A stretch of DNA of 64,000 nucleotides from assembly GCA_963701095.1 (NCBI GenBank), contig OY969564.1:1024001-1088000 (forward strand), read 5' to 3'. This DNA comes from an uncultured Methanoregulaceae archaeon. GTDB lineage: Archaea > Halobacteriota > Methanomicrobia > Methanomicrobiales > Methanospirillaceae. Positions 21,523-33,049 of the stretch are shown here, one piece after another. Below the pieces are notes generated by a model that saw only the letters and a list, made by a program, of their open reading frames with translations, did no database searches and was not told the DNA's origin. Each line of letters starts with the position of its first letter. Position 1 is the stretch's first letter. Position numbers and translations under genes: made by a program.

Positions 21523-22734
21523 TTATTTTTTTGCCGGAATCTTCTTTGTCTTCTCATTCATTGCATGAACGAGGCGGGCCTGTATGCCAAAATAATGGGA
21601 AACGCCGATTGCATGGCACTGGTCGATGGATGAGCTGTCAAAAGAAACAAGATCGCCAGAGTAAATTGCCTGCGGCGAACTGCGGCCCAGAACCCGGACA
21701 CTTCCCTTGTACAGTTCGAGATCGACCTTCCCGTTGACCCGTTCCTGCGTTGTATCAATAAATGCATTGAGTGCAGCATAAAGAGGTTCATAGACGAGCC
21801 CCTCGTACGCCAGTTCAGACCATTTATCGTCAACCATCCTCTTGAATGCAAGTTCCTGACGCGTGAGAACCAGACTTTCGAGATCCCGGTGGGCTGTAAG
21901 GATGACGGTTGCAGCAGGGTGCTCATAATTTTCGCGTGCCTTAAGACCGAGAATACGATCCTCGATCATGTCATTCCTGCCGACACCATGCTTTCCCGCA
22001 AGGACATTGAGTTTCTGGATCAGGTTGTAGCCGGTGAGTTTTTTCCCGTTGAGGGAATCCGGAACCCCCCGGGAAAATCCAAGGATGATCTTCTCCGGTT
22101 TTGCAGGGGCTTTTTGCGGTGAGACAGTCCAGAGGAAAATCTCTTCAGGGGGGTAATATGCCGGATCCTCAAGATTTCCTCCTTCGATACTCCGGCTCCA
22201 GCAGTTCTCGTCCATGCTCCAGGGCTTTCCTTTCTTGACAGGGACCGGAATACGGTGTTCTTTTGCATACTCAATTTCCCAGTCCCTGGTAAGGTTCTGC
22301 TCACGGATCGGCGCGACAACATCGAGTCCTGCTGCACGGATTATAAAATCAAACCGCAGCTGATCATTTCCTTTCCCGGTGCACCCATGAGCAATCGCTT
22401 TTGCCTTCTCCTTTCTGGCAATTTTCACCACTTCTTCTGCTATCAGGGGACGGGCAAGCGAGGTTCCCATGGGATAACCCTCGTAGGATCCATTTGCCTT
22501 AATTGCAGGGAGGATCTGCTCATCAACAAACCTTTCCCGGACATCGACCGTGTAATGGCAATCGGCAAGTTTCTGGCCTTTTTTTGTGGCTTCCTCGATC
22601 TCTTCATCTCTCTGACCGACATTGACCACGACCGTAACTACACGATCATAATCATAGCGTTCTTTTAAGAGAGGAATACATATGGAGGTGTCAAGCCCTC
22701 CGGAATATGCTAATACGATAGTACCTTTTCCCAT
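21523..22734 (-). CDS. argG: Argininosuccinate synthase
   Basis: [34 protein letters not shown]. Confidence 0.95.
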   Translation of the reverse strand: MGKGTIVLAYSGGLDTSICIPLLKERYDYDRVVTVVVNVGQRDEEIEEATKKGQKLADCHYTVDVRERFVDEQILPAIKANGSYEGYPMGTSLARPLIAEEVVKIARKEKAKAIAHGCTGKGNDQLRFDFIIRAAGLDVVAPIREQNLTRDWEIEYAKEHRIPVPVKKGKPWSMDENCWSRSIEGGNLEDPAYYPPEEIFLWTVSPQKAPAKPEKIILGFSRGVPDSLNGKKLTGYNLIQKLNVLAGKHGVGRNDMIEDRILGLKARENYEHPAATVILTAHRDLESLVLTRQELAFKRMVDDKWSELAYEGLVYEPLYAALNAFIDTTQERVNGKVDLELYKGSVRVLGRSSPQAIYSGDLVSFDSSSIDQCHAIGVSHYFGIQARLVHAMNEKTKKIPAKK

Positions 22735-22888
22735 AATGGATACTTCCGGTTCAGACATCAGGTTGGACGTCTCACCATATATTTCCAAAGGATACAGGAA
22801 AGGTTATCCCCGGAACCAGACCCCGTGAGAAATCCTGAGTAAAAAAGAACGGTTCAGGAAAAATTTCCCGAACACGGATATAGCTTCA

Positions 22889-23389
22889 TTACTTTACGAT
22901 GAATGTCCCGCCGGAGTACGGCTGGTATATGGTGACATATTGGTATGTTCCTGCCTTGCTAAAGGTGACGTTAAAGAACTTACCGTAGGGGATCACAACT
23001 TTACCGAAATATTGCGAAGTCAGTGAACCAATTGACTGGATACCATGCTGTTTATAGGGATCGGCGTTATACCAGGCAACCGTCGTGTTTACCGGCAAAT
23101 AAATGGTTCCGGTTGGCGTAACGGTCAAGAATTCACTGAAGGTAATTATCTTTGCTGGGGGCATTGGAGCTGTCACTACCGGTGTGACATTTGCAGTGAC
23201 GTTTGCGGTCACGTTGGGTGTTGCAACCGGGGTCGGCATGGCGGTCGGAACGGGTGTTGGGACAGGTGTTGCAACCATAGTAGGTACTTCTGTAGGCGTT
23301 GGTGTGGCAGCGGGTGCTTGCTGGGAAGTGCACCCTGCGAACAGGATCCCGATAAACAGGACTACAAGAACAACAATAAATTTCTTCAT
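22889..23389 (-). CDS. Exported lipoprotein with P/T-rich linker and cupredoxin-like domain
   Basis: Lipobox FAGC, PT repeats, TVAWYN...HG...FSKAGTYQY. Confidence 0.7.
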   Translation of the reverse strand: MKKFIVVLVVLFIGILFAGCTSQQAPAATPTPTEVPTMVATPVPTPVPTAMPTPVATPNVTANVTANVTPVVTAPMPPAKIITFSEFLTVTPTGTIYLPVNTTVAWYNADPYKQHGIQSIGSLTSQYFGKVVIPYGKFFNVTFSKAGTYQYVTIYQPYSGGTFIVK

Positions 23390-23518
23390 GCATGTTTTTT
23401 TGCTATCTCTGTATATAAGGATATTCTATTATTCTACGGGTTTTAGCCCGCTTCAGGAACACCTGCGTTTTTTTAAGGCCGTGCTATAAAAAAGGAGGAA
23501 TAAACTCGACCGCCGGAA

Positions 23519-26500
23519 TTATTTGAGATAATGGCTGATCGGTTCGAGCGTCATCTTCTCACGCTTGATTGCATCAATGGCGAGTGCCGCTGCCCGCGCA
23601 GCCTGAAGGGTCGTAATATACGGGATTTGGAAATCGACTGCCGCCCTCATAATCTGGTAATGATCTTGGCGGGACTGGCGGGACTGAGGCGTATTAATAA
23701 TCAACCGTATCTCGCCGTGGTGCATCATGTCAAGCACATTGGGTGAACCCTCCTGGACTTTCCGGACAAGATGTGCTTCAACTCCGGCTTCGTAGAGATA
23801 GTCAACGGTACCTTCTGTACCATACAAGGTGAGACCGAGATCCCGCAGGCGCCGGGCTATGGGAATCACTTCATCTTTCTGGCCGATATTAACCGAGATA
23901 AACACGTTTCCTTTGAGCGGCAGCTCGTTATCTGCTGAAATACAGGCCTTATAAAAAGCAAGCCCGAAATCATAATCGATCCCCATCACTTCACCGGTAC
24001 TCTTCATTTCGGGACCAAGGATAGTGTCGACCCCGGCCAATTTATTGAAGGGAAGAAGGACTTCTTTGACGGCGACATGATTGATCTTCCTTTCCTTGAA
24101 TCCCAGATCCCGCAGTTTTTTCCCGATCATTACCTTGGCCGCTATTTTTGCGACGGGGAGACCGGTTGCTTTTGAGACAAACGGAACAGTCCGGCTTGCC
24201 CTGGGGTTTGCCTCAAGTATATAGACTATATTGTCCTTGACAGCCATCTGTATATTGACCAGACCAACAACACCGAGGCCAAGGGCAATCTGTTTTGTGT
24301 ATTCCCGTACGGTTTCAATAATTTCTGTCGAAAGTGACTGGGTAGGAATAACGCAGGCTGAATCCCCGGAATGTATACCGGCCTGCTCGATATGTTCCAT
24401 GATACCACCAATAAGGACCTCTTCTCCGTCACAGACTGCGTCGACATCGAGCTCAATGGCATTTCTCAGATAGGAATCGATCAATACCGGGTGGTGCTGG
24501 CTCACCCGGACGGCTTCTTTCATGTATGTCTCGAGTTCTATCGTATCGTGTACAATCTCCATTGCCCGTCCGCCAAGCACATATGACGGCCGTACCAGAA
24601 CAGGATACCCGATTTTCTCTGCCTTTTCCTTTGCCTCTGCTTCTGAATATGCTGAACTGTTTGCAGGACTGGGGATATGCAGGCTGTCAAGAAGAGCACT
24701 GAATCGCTCGCGATCTTCGGCAATGTCCATAGCTTCCGGTGTCGTCCCGAGAATGCGTGTCGAAAGACCCCGCCGTTTCATCTCTTTTTCGAGAGGGACA
24801 GCAAGATTAACTGCGTTCTGGCCGCCAAACTGCACCATAACGCCGTAGTACTCATCAGTCCTCAGGATGTTTGTGACATCCTCGAGCAGCATCGGTTCAA
24901 AGAAAAGCCGGTCTGAAGTATCAAAATCCGTGGAAACGGTCTCAGGATTGTTATTGACGATATGGACCTCCACACCTTCTTCACGTAATGCTTTTACTGC
25001 GTGAACCGTGCAGTAATCAAACTCGATTCCCTGACCGATACGTATGGGCCCTGAACCGAGGATGAGAATTTTCTGCTTGTTGTCCGGGGCAATTTCCGTT
25101 GTGCCTTCCCAGGTCGAGTAAAAATAGGGTGTACATGCAGGGAATTCTGCAGCACAGGTATCTACCATCTTGTACACCGGAGATCCCACGAGGTCCTCGA
25201 TGCGATCCGGTTCTTTGCCGGTCAATACTGCCAGTTCAAGGTTGGTGAACCCATAAGTTTTCGCAAGGAAGATATCCTCATCCTTTCCCTCGGCAGCAAG
25301 GCGTTTTTCAAGATCGACAATATTTTTTATTTTTTCAAGGAAAAACGGCACGATGGAGGTAAGATGCGCAATTTCTTCGACGGAAAAATTCTGCCTGAAT
25401 GCATCGAAAAGGCAGTGGAAACGTTCATCGGTCGGCCGGGAAAGGATCATCCGGATCTCGCTATGGCTCGTATGAGTCCGGACATCGGTATCGATGGACC
25501 GCTTGGCTTTCATGAAAGCCTCTTCAAGCGTCCTCCCAATTGCCATCACTTCTCCGGTGCTTTTCATGGATGTAGTAAGCGTCCGGTCTGCCCCCTTAAA
25601 TTTATCAAACGGCCAGCGGGGTATCTTGACAACGATATAATCTATAGTCGGCTCGAAGGATGCCGCGGTACATCCAGTAACCGCATTCTTGATTTCGTCA
25701 AGGCGAAGGCCGATTGCTATTTTTGCTGCAACACGTGCGATGGGATACCCTGTAGCTTTTGAAGCAAGTGCAGAAGACCGGGAGACCCGGGGATTGACTT
25801 CGATAACCCTGTATTCACCATCCTTGAATGCAAACTGGATGTTGCATCCTCCCTGAACGTCAAGAGCCCTGATGATGTGAATTGCGGCACTGCGCATCAT
25901 CTGGAATTCGTCGTCACGTAAGGTAAGAATGGGTGCGACAACGACACTCTCTCCGGTGTGGATTCCCATGGGATCGACATTTTCCATGCTGCAGACAATT
26001 ATGCACGTATCGGCAGAGTCCCGCATCACTTCAAATTCAATCTCTTTCCAGCCCATCACACTCTGCTCGATGAGCACCTGGTGAATACGAGAACGCGAAA
26101 GACCCAGTTCGACGATCCGGGTCAATTCCTCCCGGTCCGGCCTATCCCTCCCCCGGCTCCACCTAAAGTATATGCCGGGCGAACAACGGCAGGCAGACCG
26201 ATTTTTGAAATCGCCTCATCTATCTGGCCAAGGGAGTTGATCACCATGCTCCGGGGGATCGGTTCGTTGATCGCGTTCATGAGATCCCGGAATTTCTCCC
26301 GGTCTTCGCCTTTGTAAATCGCTTCGAGAGGTGTTCCAAGAATCTCCACACCTTTTAGCGCTCCCATCTCCGCAAGCTCTGCGGTCAGGTTGAGGCCGGT
26401 CTGGCCGCCCATGCCGGAGAGAATACCATCCGGTCGTTCCTTTTCAATGATCCGTGCGATAATATCCGCCCGTAAGGGTTCGATATAAATCTCATCTGCC

Positions 26501-26679
26501 ATTTCCGGATCTGTCATAATTGTCGCCGGGTTGGAATTGACCAGCACGACCTCAATACCCTCTTCCTTGAGAGACCGGCAAGCCTGCGAGCCCGAGAAAT
26601 CGAATTCTGCCGCCTGGCCAATCTGGATCGGCCCCGATCCTATGAGGAGGACCTTGTGGATATCAGTGCGCAGGGGCAT
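23519..26679 (-). CDS. carB: Carbamoyl-phosphate synthase large subunit (frameshift near 26130)
   Basis: [27 protein letters not shown], second ATP-grasp half, C-terminal MGS-like domain. Confidence 0.95.
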
Positions 26680-27735
26680 TTATTTCAACCTCCGGAACAG
26701 CGCATCAAAGAAATGAACCTCGGTGTCCCGGGGGCCGCCATGGGCTTCCGGGTGGAACTGTACCGTCGTCAGGCACAGATCCTTGTTTTCAAATCCTTCA
26801 ACAGTACCGTCGTTGACGTTCGAATACGTTACCTTACAGCCTTCGGGCAGGGATTCAGCGTCAACGGCAAAACCATGGTTCTGGGTCGTAATAAAAATCC
26901 GGCCGTCACTAAAACGGACCGGCTGGTTTGCACCACGGTGACCGAATTTGAGTTTATAGGTGTCACCACCAAGGGCAAGAGCGGAGACCTGGTTACCCAT
27001 ACAGATCCCAAAGACAGGGAGTTCGCCAAGAAGATCCTGTATGCACCGTATCGCATCCGGGGCCTGCTTGGGATCTCCCGGGCCATTACTGACAAACAGG
27101 GCATCGGGTTTGCAGGCCCTGACCTGATCCGAGGTGGCATTGTACGGGAAAACATACAAATCCCCGTTCCGCTTTGAGAGACTGTAAAGCATATTTTTCT
27201 TGATACCCAGATCGATGACAGCGATTCTTTTGCCGCTGCCGGGTATATGATACGGTTCCCTGCATGACACTTCAGGGATAGGGATTATATCACAGATGGT
27301 CGGAGTCCTTTTTGCAAGTCCCACAGCATACTCCCCGTCGTCACTACCTACGACAAGGGCTGCACGCATGGTTCCGTAGACTCTGGCTTTGATGGTCAGG
27401 GCACGGGTATCAACGCCGGTCATTCCCAGAAGGCCATGTTTCTCAAAATATTTTCTGACAGATGGTTCGTGTTCAGGTATTTCGCAGATCTCCTTTGCGA
27501 TACAACCTAAAGCACACACACGAGGATTCTGGAAATTTTGTTCATCTACACCGTAATTTCCTATCTGGGGGAACGTGAACATCAGGATCTGTCCGAAATA
27601 ACTCGGATCGGAAAGAGATTCCATGTAACCGGTCATCTGGGTATTAAAAACCAGTTCACCTGCACACTCACCTTTTACCCCAAATCCTTCACCGGTGACA
27701 AAATCACCGTCTTCAAACCCCAGAACTGCCTTCAT
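26680..27735 (-). CDS. carA: Carbamoyl-phosphate synthase small subunit
   Basis: SNGPGDP, FGICMG, QFHPE. Confidence 0.95.
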   Translation of the reverse strand: MKAVLGFEDGDFVTGEGFGVKGECAGELVFNTQMTGYMESLSDPSYFGQILMFTFPQIGNYGVDEQNFQNPRVCALGCIAKEICEIPEHEPSVRKYFEKHGLLGMTGVDTRALTIKARVYGTMRAALVVGSDDGEYAVGLAKRTPTICDIIPIPEVSCREPYHIPGSGKRIAVIDLGIKKNMLYSLSKRNGDLYVFPYNATSDQVRACKPDALFVSNGPGDPKQAPDAIRCIQDLLGELPVFGICMGNQVSALALGGDTYKLKFGHRGANQPVRFSDGRIFITTQNHGFAVDAESLPEGCKVTYSNVNDGTVEGFENKDLCLTTVQFHPEAHGGPRDTEVHFFDALFRRLK

Positions 27736-27916
27736 GATGTCCATACTTTATGTGCCGGATTAGTTATTAACGATAATGCAAAGGAATGACTCCCTTCGTT
27801 GACCACCTCATAGAAGGTGTCCCATCCCCATCATTATATAGTACTGGCCGCAATTTTTTCATTGGAAGTGTTTTATAACGTCTACACACGTCAATGGAAA
27901 AAACCGGGGTACAATC

Positions 27917-28156
27917 ATGCTGTATGCTCTTTCGACCTGCCAGTGGTGCCATAAAACCAAGGTACTGCTGGAAGAACTCGGCGTTGCATTTGATTATGAT
28001 TATGTCGACCTTCTTGAAGGAAAAGAACAGGATGAGGTGATGGATGCCATTGAGCGTTGGAATCCCAGAGGATCATTTCCTACTCTTGTCATTGATAACA
28101 AACATGCCATCATTGGATTCCGGGAACAGGAAATCCGGGAGGCACTGGCCCTATGA
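27917..28156 (+). CDS. Glutaredoxin-like (methanoredoxin-type) protein; true start may be ~14 codons upstream
   Basis: [18 protein letters not shown]. Confidence 0.85.
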   Translation: MLYALSTCQWCHKTKVLLEELGVAFDYDYVDLLEGKEQDEVMDAIERWNPRGSFPTLVIDNKHAIIGFREQEIREALAL

Positions 28157-28659
28157 ATGTCCCCGAGATTACAGAGAATACTGTCGACATTGCTTATGCT
28201 ACCCTTAAAAGTGATATCGAAAAAAGCGGTTATCGCTTGAACCCGGATGTAGAATTCACGAAAAACCTTATCCGGGGCATCTTAAAAAACGAACAACGGT
28301 ACGGCTACGGTTCATGCCCCTGTCGTCTTGCTTCAGGGAGAAAAGAGGAGGATCTCGATATTATATGCCCCTGTGATTACCGGGACCCGGATATCGAAGA
28401 ATATGGTGCCTGTTATTGCGCCCTGTATGTTAACGAGGCTATTTTCGTCGGTAAGCAGAAAGTTGAGCCGGTTCCTGAGCGACGTCCACCCCGTTCAACG
28501 CGGGGAAAAAACACTATACGGGTCACGGGATCTTCCCCGGTTTTTGCCCTACCGATCTGGCATTGCAAAGTCTGCGGATATCTCTGTGCCCGTGAACAGC
28601 CTCCTGGCGTATGCCCGATTTGCAAGGCAACAAAAGAAAGATTTGAACGGTTTGCCTGA
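28153..28659 (+). CDS. Ferredoxin:disulfide (glutaredoxin) reductase: FTR catalytic domain plus rubredoxin-like domain
   Basis: CPCR, CPCDY, CYC motifs; C-terminal CKVC...CPIC. Confidence 0.88.
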   Translation: MNVPEITENTVDIAYATLKSDIEKSGYRLNPDVEFTKNLIRGILKNEQRYGYGSCPCRLASGRKEEDLDIICPCDYRDPDIEEYGACYCALYVNEAIFVGKQKVEPVPERRPPRSTRGKNTIRVTGSSPVFALPIWHCKVCGYLCAREQPPGVCPICKATKERFERFA

Positions 28660-28801
28660 AAGTTCATGATTATGCCAGCCGAGTTTTAATTTAATATATT
28701 TTTTTAATATTCATTCATAGAATGAGGAAACGAATTTTTTTTTATTGTGCAGCATAGCATATGCCAATACTAAAAATAAGGTTCCACACTAACCTACCTG
28801 T

Positions 28802-29140
28802 ATGAGTAATCCCGTCCTTGTTGAAATTGTAGGACTCACGTCTTCTGAATGTTCCCCATTTCCCTGTGATGAAAACCGGACCTGCGGTTTATCACAGTGC
28901 TATCCCTCTGGAAGCCTGATCAAGGCATATGAAGCACTAAAAACGGTGATGAAAGAAACATACGGCAACCGCGTCGAAGTGAAACTTACTCTTATCGATG
29001 ATCAAGTTCCCGATTATATCCGTTCAATCCTCGAAACCGAATATCCCCCTATACCGATGGTTCTTGTCAACGGGAAACTTACCCGGATCGGAAGGATCAC
29101 CGTTGATCGAATCGTTAAAGAAATCGAAGCCTGTTTATAG
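28802..29140 (+). CDS. Cys-rich hypothetical protein, probable thioredoxin-like fold
   Basis: CSPFPC...CGLSQC; PIPMVLVNG. Confidence 0.65.
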   Translation: MSNPVLVEIVGLTSSECSPFPCDENRTCGLSQCYPSGSLIKAYEALKTVMKETYGNRVEVKLTLIDDQVPDYIRSILETEYPPIPMVLVNGKLTRIGRITVDRIVKEIEACL

Positions 29141-29194
29141 GGAGAGACTCGGATATCCGCCGGATTTTTGGGTATTATTTTATTAAATTCTTCT

Positions 29195-30535
29195 TTACCT
29201 TTCCCGCCGTTTTCTTTTTCCCCGTAACTGCGCAAGGACACGTTCTTTTTTTGCTATGGCGGCCTTCGACGCCCGCACGACACCTTTTTTCATCTCTTCA
29301 AAATCCGCAGCTTCGTTATCAACTACTTTTTTCACCGGTGTATAGGCAGATTCCCGGAAACGGGGTTGAAAATCGTGTTCCTTTCCTTCAGTCACCAGTA
29401 CCGATTCCGGTTTTCCTGGTTCGACATTGCCGATCATACGGCAGTTTACACCGGTTGCCTTGATCACCCGGATAATCTCAGCGGCCGAAGATTCAGGGGC
29501 TACAATCAGAAGTGCATCGAGAGAAACACCGAGATAATCAATCTCAAGTGCCTCAAGCATTGCCAAGACTTCCGGATTAACAAGAGGAAGCGTGTCTTCT
29601 TCCCGGACAATCATCCGGCATCCTGCAGTCTCTGCCATCTCGAAGATATCGCCACGGAGACCGCCGTTGGTCACATCGGTCATCGCATGAATCTGATCAA
29701 AAACCGGGTTTTTAATCAGGGCCTCGCAGGTTACCAGGAAGTTGAGATTTATTGTTTCGTTAACAACTTCAGGGAACCCCGAGTAAATTGCTGCTGTGGC
29801 AATCGTCCCACCGCCGGCGCCTTCGGTCATAATAAGAACATCTCCGGGCTGCGTTGATTTCCGGGCAGTCAGGTGGTGGGCTACGCCGACAGCACCGACA
29901 CACCCGGTCAATCGGCTGCCAAGAACCATATCCCCACCGATACGAAGCGTTGAACCGGTGACCAACGGCACATCCATCATCTCGCCAACGGTCGTGATCC
30001 CTGCCGTATAATCAAATATTTTTGCTACGTCCCCATCGTCGGCCACATGGATATCGGAAAAGAGCATGACCGGTGTTGCCCCCATCACATAGAGGTCCCG
30101 GAGCGTCGCACGGGTCACATGAAAACCGGCAAGGAACGGATAGTCTGAGAGCCGGGAATGCATGCCGTCTACCGTACAAACGATATATTCGCCACCGGCT
30201 CTTACGGCACCGGCGTCGTCCATCTCGTCAACACCCACAGATACCCCGGTCTTTCCAATAATTCGTGCGATTTCCCGGTGTGCAAAGAAATCTCCTTTAC
30301 CCCGGGAGCCGACACCGAACTGTCCCATACCAACTCCGGCGGGTTCAAAAGAAAAAAAGTCGCCGGACAGTCCTTGTGTATTTTTAACTTCCTTTACTAC
30401 TGCCCGGGCAAAGGCATTCGTATAGGAAAGTGAATCGTGTTTTATATCCGAAATACAACTGACGAGATTAGTAATAACCGTATCTTCATCCTCGCCGGCG
30501 GAAATGTGCCTCCGGACATACTCCTCCACATCCAT
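29195..30535 (-). CDS. AIR synthase-related (PurM/HypE superfamily) protein
   Basis: DDAG, VDGMHSRL, AMTDVTNGGLRGD. Confidence 0.85.
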   Translation of the reverse strand: MDVEEYVRRHISAGEDEDTVITNLVSCISDIKHDSLSYTNAFARAVVKEVKNTQGLSGDFFSFEPAGVGMGQFGVGSRGKGDFFAHREIARIIGKTGVSVGVDEMDDAGAVRAGGEYIVCTVDGMHSRLSDYPFLAGFHVTRATLRDLYVMGATPVMLFSDIHVADDGDVAKIFDYTAGITTVGEMMDVPLVTGSTLRIGGDMVLGSRLTGCVGAVGVAHHLTARKSTQPGDVLIMTEGAGGGTIATAAIYSGFPEVVNETINLNFLVTCEALIKNPVFDQIHAMTDVTNGGLRGDIFEMAETAGCRMIVREEDTLPLVNPEVLAMLEALEIDYLGVSLDALLIVAPESSAAEIIRVIKATGVNCRMIGNVEPGKPESVLVTEGKEHDFQPRFRESAYTPVKKVVDNEAADFEEMKKGVVRASKAAIAKKERVLAQLRGKRKRRER

Positions 30536-30594
30536 GTATTGCGTATTTGCTGCAGAGCCATAAATACCACCGTTATCGGGGATCGTAAAAGACG

Positions 30595-31521
30595 TTACCG
30601 ACGCAGGATACCCAGCACTTCTGAAAAACAGTGGAGGGCGTCATCGAATTTTTTTGCCTTGAAAAGGGAAAGTCCCTTGACCACGCCGGCCCTGACATCG
30701 TGTATATCGATATAGTATGCCTGATCGAAGGCACGGGCAGACTCTTCGAGCCTTCCTAAGGAAAAGCAGGAGTTACTTAAAACAACCCAGGCATCTGCAA
30801 TTGTTGGATCCAAGGAAAGTGCCTTTTCAAGACACGGAATCGCTTCTTCATGAGAGCCCAATTGTGAGAGCGCCAGACCTTTTCGGTAGAGTGCCTGCGA
30901 ATGAACGGGATTAATTCCAAGAGCGCCGTCGAGGGATTCAAGTGCCTCGCGGTATCTTTTCCGGTTTATAAGGGCGATGCCCCGGTTATAAAGTGCAGAA
31001 AAGTAAAAAGGATAGATTTTTAGTGCACGGTCATAACAGGAAATCTCCTCGTCATACCGTTTCAATTTGCCAAGGGCGTACCCCTTGTTGACCCACGCCG
31101 AGAGATACCGGCTCCGTAATTCAAGAGCATGGTTGCAGCACTTTATTTCTGCTTCATATCGTCCAAGCATACCCAGAGCCACACCCTTGTTGTTCCAGGC
31201 AGATGGATTACGGGGATCGAGCGCGAGAGCCTGATCGCAACAGGCAATTTTTTCCTCAAACCTGCAGAGTTTACCGAGCGCAAAAGCCTTGTAATTCCAG
31301 GCATCAATGCAGGCGGGATCAATACTCAGCGCCTGATCGCAACATTCAATCTCTTCCTCGAACCGTCCCAGTTTACCCAGCGCAAAACCCCGACCGGCCC
31401 AGGCGGAAGCAAGAGACGGGTTCAGGGCGAGAGCAAGGGTAAATAAGGCAAGAGCCTCGTCATGGCGACCTTCCTTTCCCAGAGCAATTCCCTCAGTGTA
31501 ATAATCAAGCGCTGAGCTCAT
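30595..31521 (-). CDS. Tetratricopeptide repeat protein
   Basis: Multiple 34-aa repeats AW..KG.ALG.LGR.EE.I.C.D.AL. Confidence 0.9.
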   Translation of the reverse strand: MSSALDYYTEGIALGKEGRHDEALALFTLALALNPSLASAWAGRGFALGKLGRFEEEIECCDQALSIDPACIDAWNYKAFALGKLCRFEEKIACCDQALALDPRNPSAWNNKGVALGMLGRYEAEIKCCNHALELRSRYLSAWVNKGYALGKLKRYDEEISCYDRALKIYPFYFSALYNRGIALINRKRYREALESLDGALGINPVHSQALYRKGLALSQLGSHEEAIPCLEKALSLDPTIADAWVVLSNSCFSLGRLEESARAFDQAYYIDIHDVRAGVVKGLSLFKAKKFDDALHCFSEVLGILRR

Positions 31522-31716
31522 TTGACGACCAGGGTAAAACGGTGATCAGATGCGTTTCACTTCGGTACAGACTCAAAAACAAACCCCGGACCAGGAGTAA
31601 GGTTTGGGAATACCAGTACAGACGATTATGCTTTTGAATGATTTAATATATTCTCGCTACCTTTGACCTCCCCCATTTAACAAGAATAAACCTATCCTTA
31701 AGCGACATAGTTTGTA

Positions 31717-32187
31717 TCATTGAACACTATACCCCTGGTCCCGGAGATACTGCTCCCGTCGTTCTTCGGAACCGGGAGAGGATTCCGGGATACTTTTTTC
31801 TGCCTCTTCCCAGATTGCACGCAACCGCGAATCATCCGCATGCAGATGAAGAGTTCCGGTAACCGTACCGAGAAATGTTCCCTCGCGATCCATGATCCGC
31901 ATGACAACACAGCGGTAGAATTTGCACTGGGCAGGACTGTCGTTATGGATGGTGCATCGCAAAAGACTACCGTCCGGCCTGAGAAAACGGCAGGCACGGG
32001 GATGCTCATCGGCAAAGGAATGATCGGAGAATATATCCTTCTTGTCCTCATCAATACGAGCGGTAAACTGCGTCCCTGTTGAAACAGACTCACACTCAAA
32101 TTCAAACGGCCCGATCTGGCGATCAATGGTAATGTAATCTCCTAAATACATACAGCAGATTCCGCATTGCCGGCAGGTAAACGTCAC
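31717..32187 (-). CDS. YkgJ-family cysteine cluster protein
   Basis: FTCRQCGICC, CRFL, CTIH..SP.QCKFY. Confidence 0.85.
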   Translation of the reverse strand: MTFTCRQCGICCMYLGDYITIDRQIGPFEFECESVSTGTQFTARIDEDKKDIFSDHSFADEHPRACRFLRPDGSLLRCTIHNDSPAQCKFYRCVVMRIMDREGTFLGTVTGTLHLHADDSRLRAIWEEAEKSIPESSPGSEERREQYLRDQGYSVQ

Positions 32188-32284
32188 CGGATTCTCTCCG
32201 TATTTGTGTAGAAAAAACAAGGTATACCGGGACATGTAATGAAAAAAGTGTTTACATTCATATCGATCTTCCTATCTTCGACAT

Positions 32285-32917
32285 TTAATGAATCTTTGCT
32301 GCCGCAGTTTGGGCAAGTTCTTTTAATGTTTCAAAATCCGTTGTGGTACCAGTCATGGTCAATTGTTCGTAAACATCATTTTTGATAAAGATAATCGAAT
32401 ATGTCGTTAAAAGGGGATTTTGGGAGTCCGTTTCACGATAGGCATAGGTCTGTTGACCCATATTCGGGCAGGGGATCTGGTAGATCTGGATTGTGCCGGT
32501 ATTCTGTGACGTGATTGTATTCTCGCTTATAGTAAATACATCATTCATGTTGGCCAAAGGATAGAGATCGATGATCTGGCTGATTTCGGTTGTTTCGTAT
32601 TGCTGCGGGTTTAACTGGTAATATGTAACGGAATACCCGGCTTTCCAACCCAGATTCTGCGACATCTGATCCATTTCCAGGTAGCTGATATCAGATCTGT
32701 CCTTGAGAATATACCCCGATGGCATATCTGAAGGCTGCAGTGCCATCTGCGACACCGGTACGGTGGGTACCGGACTTTCGGTAGTCGGCACAGGAGTAAC
32801 AGAAGACGTCTGGACCGGCGCAGGAGTCGACGGATAGGGAAAAATAGCCGAAAGGCAGCCCGCACTGACCAGCACTGCTACAAGCACAACCCCAAGGATA
32901 GCTGATGCAGTATGCAT
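32285..32917 (-). CDS. Hypothetical exported lipoprotein
   Basis: Signal peptide with SAGC lipobox, P/T/S linker. Confidence 0.7.
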   Translation of the reverse strand: MHTASAILGVVLVAVLVSAGCLSAIFPYPSTPAPVQTSSVTPVPTTESPVPTVPVSQMALQPSDMPSGYILKDRSDISYLEMDQMSQNLGWKAGYSVTYYQLNPQQYETTEISQIIDLYPLANMNDVFTISENTITSQNTGTIQIYQIPCPNMGQQTYAYRETDSQNPLLTTYSIIFIKNDVYEQLTMTGTTTDFETLKELAQTAAAKIH

Positions 32918-33049
32918 GAAATACGATTGACCATGCCAGATGAAATGCTTGTTGAGCGTGACAAAATTATTCGAAAAATAAACCTTCCAAGAATTTCAGG
33001 GAAAAGACAAATATCTTTTTCTTGGCAAACATCCCACGGTTGAAAGATA

